From Octopus sinensis (Eukaryota), in the NCBI RefSeq assembly GCF_006345805.1, contig NW_021830055.1, positions 1 through 5,411 on the forward strand: a stretch of DNA of 5,411 nucleotides, in the 5' to 3' direction. The stretch's first letter is position 1, and the number at the start of each line of letters is the position of its first letter. Below, in pieces: positions 1-5,411 of the stretch. The notes under the pieces were generated by a model. It searched no databases, was not told the DNA's origin, and was given only the letters and a program-made list of their open reading frames with translations. Made by a program: the position numbers and the translations under genes.

Positions 1-18
1 GAGAAGAATTATGAATAA

Positions 19-426
19 GGCGCAGGGGTGGCTGTGTGGTAAGTAGCTTGCTAACCAACCACATGGTTCCGGGTTCAGTCCCACTGCGTGGCACCTTGGG
101 CAAGTGTCTTCTGCTATAGCCCCGGGCCAACCAATGCCTTGTGAGTGGATTTGGTAGACAGAAACTCAAAGAAGCCTGTCGTATATATGTATATATATAT
201 GTATGTATGTGTGTGTGTCTGTGTTTGTCTCCCTAGCATTGCTTGACAACCGATGCTGGTGTGTTTACGTCCCCGTCACTTAGCGGTTCGGCAAAAGAGA
301 CCTATAGAATAAGTACTGGGCTTACAAAAAGAATAAGTCCCGGGGTTGAGTTGCTCGACTAAAGGCGGTGCTCCAGCATGGCCGCAGTCAAATGACTGAA
401 ACAAGTAAAACAGTAAAAGAGAGAGT
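19..426 (+). mobile_element. tRNA-derived SINE, apparently full length (Octopus-type family)
   Basis: 5' tRNA-like head with Pol III A box TGGCTGTGTGG (29-39) and B box GGTTCAGTCCC (72-82). Internal (TA/TG) microsatellite at ~182-225. 3' hairpins GTTGAG-TTG-CTCGAC (345-359, one G-U) and CAGTC-AAAT-GACTG (385-398), then a short repetitive tail (AGTAAAA x2, GAGAGAGT). The head aligns without gaps to the inverted copy at 5179-5265 (68/87 identical by hand count), which shows it is an interspersed repeat. Family and taxon assignment are from memory. Confidence 0.92.
29..82 (+). promoter_or_regulatory. Internal RNA polymerase III promoter (A and B boxes) of the SINE
   Basis: TGGCTGTGTGG resembles the A-box consensus TRGCNNARYGG. 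GGTTCAGTCCC resembles the B-box consensus GGTTCRANNCC. Spacing is tRNA-like. Confidence 0.8.
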
Positions 427-439
427 AACCTTGATCAAT

Positions 440-466
440 TTTCGTACCTTATTGGACTCTCATCAG
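440..466 (-). ncRNA. Degenerate hammerhead-ribozyme-like core, possibly a Penelope-like element relic
   Basis: Minus strand reads CTGATGA-GAGTCC-AATAA-GGTAC-GAAA: both conserved hammerhead core segments with a partial stem II (GTCC/GG[T]AC) between them. There are 2 extra nt before stem II and a bulged T. I could not build a convincing stem I or stem III. Confidence 0.35.
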
Positions 467-542
467 AGCTATCTACATCAATTTCACCAATCGTAGAGAA
501 ACAAGGGGCCAATCTTTTTATATAATCAGGGAATCCATTATA

Positions 543-704
543 TGCAGAGAACTGAAGCTACCAATTCCGTTACGACGGTGAGGGCTCCAGAGGATCCGCT
601 TAGCGGAACTGTATCCTCGTGAAATCAACGCACTGCCGGGTATGGAACTCTCGACTTTACGGTCGGGAACCGGATACCCGAACAGGAATAACACGGACAC
701 TGCA
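543..704. other. GC-enriched, hairpin-rich non-coding block of unknown identity
   Basis: CCGT-TACG-ACGG (567-578); TCCGC-TTA-GCGGA (595-607); long hairpin CGGGTAT (637-643)/ATACCCG (674-680) enclosing TCTCGAC-TTTACG-GTCGGGA (649-668); terminal TGCAG (543-547)/CTGCA (700-704). Confidence 0.45.
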
Positions 705-706
705 AG

Positions 707-1620
707 CATCATCATCATCACGACCAACACCAACACCACCACAACCACCACCACCTCCATCACCACTACCATCACCTCCAGCATTCCCATTCTTACTATC
801 ACAACCACCACCACCACCACCGCCACCACTAACATCACCATAACCACCACCACTACCACCACCACCACCACCACAACCACCACCACGACCAACACGACAA
901 CCACCACCACCGTCACCACCACGACTACTACCATAACACCACTACCACCACCACCAGTATTGCCATCCTCACTGTCACAACCACCACAACCAACACCACC
1001 ACCACTACCACCACCACAACCACCACGACCACGACCACGACCACCACGACCACCACGACAACCACGACAACCACCACCACCATCACCACCACCACCACTA
1101 CCATCACACCACTACCACCACCACCAGTATTGCCATCCTCACTCACAACCACCACAAACAACACCACCACCACTACCACCACCACAACCACCACCACCAC
1201 CACCACCGCCACCACCTTCGCCAGTACTAGAGTCAGCACAATATCACAGATATCAGGATCATCATTATTATTAACCCTAACCCTCACACCACCACACACA
1301 CAGACCCCCGACCCTCACCCCCAATATCATAGGCCACCATTTAATCCACCGCCACAACCCCCCTACCACGACCACCACTAAGAAAAAACCCAACAACAAC
1401 ACCAATAACAACAACAACAACAATGGCAATAAAAATATGACATCACATCACACAGCAAAAATAATTACTCGACACGAACGCTGCCGCCACAACCATGACC
1501 ACCACCACCACCAACACCACCTCCAACACCACCACCACCACCACCGCCAGCCACAACAACAACAAGATCCATAACAAAAACAAAGAAAAAGAAAACAGCC
1601 ACAACAAACGATACAAAAAA
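707..1620. repeat. Compound degenerate trinucleotide tract: (CAT)n, then (ACC/CAC)n and (AAC)n, with short unique interruptions
   Basis: Directly visible runs. Strongly A+C-rich on the + strand. Explains the poly-Thr/Pro/Val ORFs. Confidence 0.95.
891..1203. repeat. ~170-bp tandem duplication (about 1.8 copies) within the ACC tract
   Basis: Unique anchor CAGTATTGCCATCCTCACT at 955-973 and 1125-1143 (offset 170). Flanks are collinear. The second copy lacks 2 nt (GT) right after the anchor. Confidence 0.9.
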
Positions 1621-1646
1621 AAATGCCGAACAACAGATCTTCTGGG

Positions 1647-1905
1647 CGCCATGTTGATAAAAAATTTTCCCTCCCGCTCCGCGTGTTTATTCTACTCTAC
1701 CTATCACTCCCTTTTTTCTTGTTTCTCTCCTCTCTTACTAAAGTACTTTCCTATCTTAAACGCCATTTCCGTCTTGACAGAAAACAGCGAGAAATTTTCA
1801 TGGATTTCTTTTTGTTTGTTTTTGTGTCTTTTTATCTTATTTTTATTATTATTATTAATTTTTTTTTTCTTTCTGCCTATGTGTTTGTCAAAGAGCGCCA
1901 TTATT
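1647..1905 (-). promoter_or_regulatory. Cluster of three YY1/Pho-type motifs in a unique island containing CpGs
   Basis: Minus strand: CAACATGGCG (1647-1656), CGGAAATGGCG (1761-1771, with an ETS-like GGAA core) and AATAATGGCG (1896-1905). A GC-rich patch lies at 1669-1685. Motif match only. Confidence 0.35.
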
Positions 1906-1918
1906 GTTTCCAGAAAAT

Positions 1919-2038
1919 TCTCTCTCTCTCTCTCTCTCTTGCTCTTTCTTTCTTTTTCTCTCTCCCCGTTGCTCCCTGCTTGTCGCTTTCTTCATCTCTA
2001 TCTCTTTCTATTTCTCAACAATTCTCTCTCTCTCTCTT
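1919..2038. repeat. (TC)n microsatellites and polypyrimidine tract
   Basis: (TC)n at 1919-1939 and ~2023-2036, with pyrimidine-rich sequence between. Confidence 0.9.
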
Positions 2039-2046
2039 TCCCGAAG

Positions 2047-2353
2047 TATATGCATATATGTATGTGTGTATGTATGTATGTATACATACAGGTATGTATA
2101 ACTTTATCCTGCTATTAATCATATATACATAGATATTCTTATATACCCATGCAGATCCCACACACACAACACACACACACATACGCACGCACACATGAAT
2201 ATATAAACATGCATATATAAATATAAATATGTAAATAAATATATAAATATATGCTGTATATGTATATATATATATATATATACATATGTATGTACATGGT
2301 AATATCTATATGTATAAGTGTGTGTATATATATATTTACACCATACATATACA

Positions 2354-2384
<31 letters not shown>

Positions 2385-2428
2385 TATATATATGTAAGTA
2401 TATATACACGAGTTTATGTACATACACA

Positions 2429-2482
<54 letters not shown>

Positions 2483-2490
2483 TATATACA
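2047..2490. repeat. Compound (TA)n/(CA)n/(TATG)n microsatellite region
   Basis: Perfect (AT)n at ~2434-2473, (CA)n at ~2160-2180, and several shorter TA runs. Confidence 0.95.
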
Positions 2491-2672
2491 CAAGTTGATA
2501 AATGGTTATAAATAGCTGTTTTTTATGCATAAAACGCAAATATTTACTGAATATGGGATTGCGTTCATGTGATTCGTCTAATATTTATTACAATTCTATT
2601 GACAGGGACTTCGAAGTTCCGTCGGGTCTGTGCATTATTCAGACTGGAACAGTTTCAATAAATAAACAACAG

Positions 2673-2690
2673 AGCCAATGAAACATGGCG
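2673..2690 (+). promoter_or_regulatory. CCAAT box next to a YY1-type motif
   Basis: AGCCAATGA (NF-Y consensus RRCCAATSR) running directly into AAACATGGCG (2681-2690), inside a ~230-bp unique island between microsatellites. Motif match only. Confidence 0.3.
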
Positions 2691-2719
2691 ACCGCCGTCA
2701 ATTAAATTGTAATATACAT

Positions 2720-4376
2720 ACAGAGAAAACACATACATGCATACATACATACATACATGCATACATACATACATACATACATACATACATACATACATAC
2801 ACATACATACATACATACATACATGCATACATGCATACATACATACATACATACATACATACATACACACATACATACATACATACATACATGCATACAT
2901 GCATACATACATACATACATACATACATACATACATACATACATACATGCATGCATACATACATATCTACATACATATATACATACATGCATACATACAT
3001 ACATATATATATACATACATACATACACACATGCATACATACATACATACGTACATACACACATACATACATGCATGCATACATAATACATACATGCATG
3101 CATACATACATACATACATACATACATACATACATACATACATACACACATACATACATACATACATACATACATACATGCATGCATACATACATACATA
3201 CATACATGCATGCATACATACATGCATACATACATACATACATACATACATACATACACACATACATACATACATACATACATGCATGCATACATACATA
3301 CATACATACATACATACATACATGCATGCATACATACATACATACACACATACATACATACATACACACATACATACATAAATACATACATACATACACA
3401 CATACACACATACATACATACATACATACATACATACATACATACACACATACATACATACATACATACATACATGCATGCATACATACATACATACATA
3501 CATGCATGCATACATACATGCATACATACATACATACATGCATGCATACATACATACATACACACATACATACATACATACATACATACATACATACATA
3601 CATACATGCATGCATGCATACATACATACATACATACGTACATACGTACATACATACATACACACATACATTCATACATACATACATACACACATACATC
3701 ATACATACATACATACGTACATACGTACATACATACATACACACATACATTCATACATACATACATACACACATACATTCATACATGCATACATACATAC
3801 ATACATACATACGTACATACATACATACACACATACATACATACATACATACCTACAAATATACATACATACACACATACACACATACATACACATACAT
3901 ACATACACATACATACATACATACCTACAAATATACATACATACACACATACACACATACATACATACATAGACACATACATACACACATACATACATAC
4001 ATACATACTTACATACATACATGCATGCATACATACATACATACATACATACATACATACATACATACATGCATACATATATACATACATGCATACATAC
4101 ATACATACAAACATACATACATACATGCATACATACATACATACCTACATACATACATACACACATACATACATACATACATACATACATACATACATAC
4201 ATACATACATACATACCTACAACATACATACCTACATACATACATACATACATACATATATACATACATACATACACACACACATACATACACACCTACA
4301 TACATACCTACATACATATCTACCTACCTACCTACATACATACATACATACATACTTACATAATACTTACATACAT
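2720..4376. repeat. ~1.65-kb (TACA)n tetranucleotide array with variant units (TGCA, CACA, CGTA, CCTA)
   Basis: Directly visible. Source of all the HTYI/MYVC ORFs. Confidence 0.98.
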
Positions 4377-4927
4377 GGTGGCTGCCCCCTCGTTATCGAG
4401 TATGGCCATTGTACGAAGCTTAATCAATGTTGTTATCGTGCAATGCCTGTGCAAGAAGATTTTTTTTAAAGTGAGGAAAGGCTGTGCACTGAGTCAATCC
4501 CACTCACTAAGCAACAGCAGCCATAATCCGGAAAGAAGAACAAGTCAACATCATCGGTAACCACTGAGCCGCAGGTTTTATGTCGGAGTTATCCCAGTTA
4601 CCTGAGTTACCTTCGCCTAGAAGGATGCCCTAACAAAGGCTAGGAGTCCTTCACTCCCAATGGTTTAACCGCGCGATCGGGTATTCAGTCCGATTATTTC
4701 TATGTCCCCGCGCATGATACATCCTTAAGACATTTATTGGATGGCCGTTGACTCTCAACAGTTCCTCCGCCCTTTGACAGGTTTTGTTTTTCATCCCGCA
4801 GGGTGTCCTATAAACACCCTCCTCACCAAACAAGCTTGGTGGGGTTGCCGGTTCAGTCGCCGACGACCCGACCATGCAACAGGTTGTACTGGCTTACATG
4901 TTACCAGTAGCACTCAAAAGTGACCTG
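4377..4927 (-). mobile_element. ~550-bp non-coding structured element; putative non-autonomous RTE-type non-LTR retroelement
   Basis: Sharp borders against (TACA)n on both sides. No credible ORF and no tRNA A/B boxes found. The minus-strand 3' end has a hairpin CTCG-ATAA-CGAG (4389-4400) plus a G run, followed by an (ATGT)n tail. Many helices gain G-U pairs only on the minus strand. The segment GGGCATCCTTCTAGGCGAAGGTAACTC...ATAAAACCT (~4573-4630) resembles RTE-clade 5' UTR sequence as I recall it (unverified). Confidence 0.65.
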
Positions 4928-4960
4928 ACATACATACATACATACATACATACATACATA
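4928..4960. repeat. Short perfect (TACA)n
   Basis: About 8 units directly abutting the 5' end of the minus-strand element. Confidence 0.95.
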
Positions 4961-5090
4961 GGACACTGTATAATGAAATCCGTCGGAAGGATACCACCGA
5001 GGGCAAAGAAATAAGAACCCACAGTAAGGTATATGCCATAGCCACTCATAACGAAAAGGAGTACTGGTGGAATGTCCCAGTGAAGACCTC

Positions 5091-5265
5091 AATACGGGGA
5101 CGAAAACACACCACCAACGGTTCTCAAACGGTGGTGGGGGACAAACACAGACACAAAGAAACACAAGCATGGATATATACTTGTCCATGGTGCCTCGCAG
5201 TAGGACTGAACCCAGAAACAGGTGGTTGAGAAGCAGGGCCTTTACCACACATCCACGCTTGCACC
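5091..5265 (-). mobile_element. Decayed, internally deleted and 3'-truncated copy of the same tRNA-derived SINE family
   Basis: Reverse complement of 5179-5265 is 78% identical to 19-105, with A box at 5245-5255 and B box at 5202-5212. It then jumps to the TATAT...GTGTCTGTGTTTGTCCCC...CGTCCCCGT body, matching ~183-277 of copy 1. Similarity ends at ~5091. Confidence 0.88.
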
Positions 5266-5288
5266 AAATCCTTCCTCTTTCCCTAAGA

Positions 5289-5289
<1 letters not shown>

Positions 5290-5319
<30 letters not shown>

Positions 5320-5411
5320 TGTATGTATGTATGTATGTGTGTATGTATGTATGTATGTATGTATGTATGTATGTATGTATGTGTGTATGTATGTATGTAT
5401 GTATGTGCATA
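5290..5411. repeat. (TATG)n microsatellite, opposite in orientation to the TACA arrays; runs off the window edge
   Basis: Directly visible. Confidence 0.97.

Noticed and set aside
19-95. Possible tRNA gene
   Set aside because: Has A/B boxes but no complete cloverleaf that I could build, and continues into a SINE body with a second copy in the window.
1-435. Target-site duplication around SINE copy 1
   Set aside because: Only a loose GAATAA/GAGTAA resemblance, overlapping the tail. No exact duplication.
556-600. + frame peptide SYQFRYDGEGSRGSA, reminiscent of the Rel/NFAT DNA-recognition loop
   Set aside because: Only 15 codons between stops at 553-555 and 601-603, with no further Rel-homology similarity or fitting splice sites. 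Probably chance; a TBLASTN check would settle it.
642-1274. 210-aa Thr/Pro-rich ORF resembling a mucin, plus overlapping poly-Val and poly-Pro ORFs
   Set aside because: Stop-free only because of ACC repeats. Open in several frames on both strands, and the internal duplication breaks frame.
1272-1283. Telomere-like (TAACCC)2
   Set aside because: Only two units inside low-complexity A/C-rich sequence.
2075-2090. Perfect 16-bp palindrome TGTATGTATACATACA
   Set aside because: A simple orientation switch within a microsatellite; expected in such tracts.
1495-2515. Hydrophobic Leu/Phe/Ser- and Ile/Tyr-rich ORFs that look like membrane proteins
   Set aside because: Derived from T-rich, (CT)n and (TA)n tracts.
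707-4376. CRISPR-like or prokaryotic features
   Set aside because: Repeats are simple tandem units with no repeat-spacer structure, and the context is eukaryotic.
2655-4560. Many long HTYI/MYVC ORFs (up to 561 aa)
   Set aside because: Direct translation of (TACA)n, which has no stop codons in any frame.
4590-4620. HDV-like J4/2 motif GGCGAA and a twister-like ATAACTCCG on the minus strand
   Set aside because: No matching P2/P3/L3 partner for an HDV fold, and no CCC-AAGC loop or pseudoknot partners for twister.
4651-4923. Short ORFs (74 aa and 60 aa) inside the structured element
   Set aside because: Short, on opposite strands, with no recognisable endonuclease or reverse-transcriptase motifs.
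4901-5410. 169-aa minus-strand ORF
   Set aside because: Starts in a microsatellite and runs through a decayed SINE, so it is a chance chimera.

Overview
AT-rich, repeat-dominated eukaryotic DNA, most likely intronic or intergenic. The SINE sequences and the TACA/TA/ACC simple-repeat content resemble what I recall of Octopus (coleoid cephalopod) genomes; this taxon call is an inference, not checked. No credible protein-coding gene: the long ORFs in the track come from stop-free (ACC)n, (TACA)n, (TA)n and (CT)n repeats. Contents: an apparently full-length tRNA-derived SINE (19-426, +); a second, decayed and internally deleted copy of that family (5091-5265, -); a ~290-bp unique block (427-706) with a degenerate hammerhead-like core and several hairpins; an ACC-rich tract with a 170-bp tandem duplication; two unique islands carrying YY1/Pho-type ATGGCG motifs; a ~1.65-kb (TACA)n array; and a ~550-bp non-coding, heavily structured element (4377-4927, -) embedded in TACA repeats that looks like a non-autonomous RTE-type retroelement.
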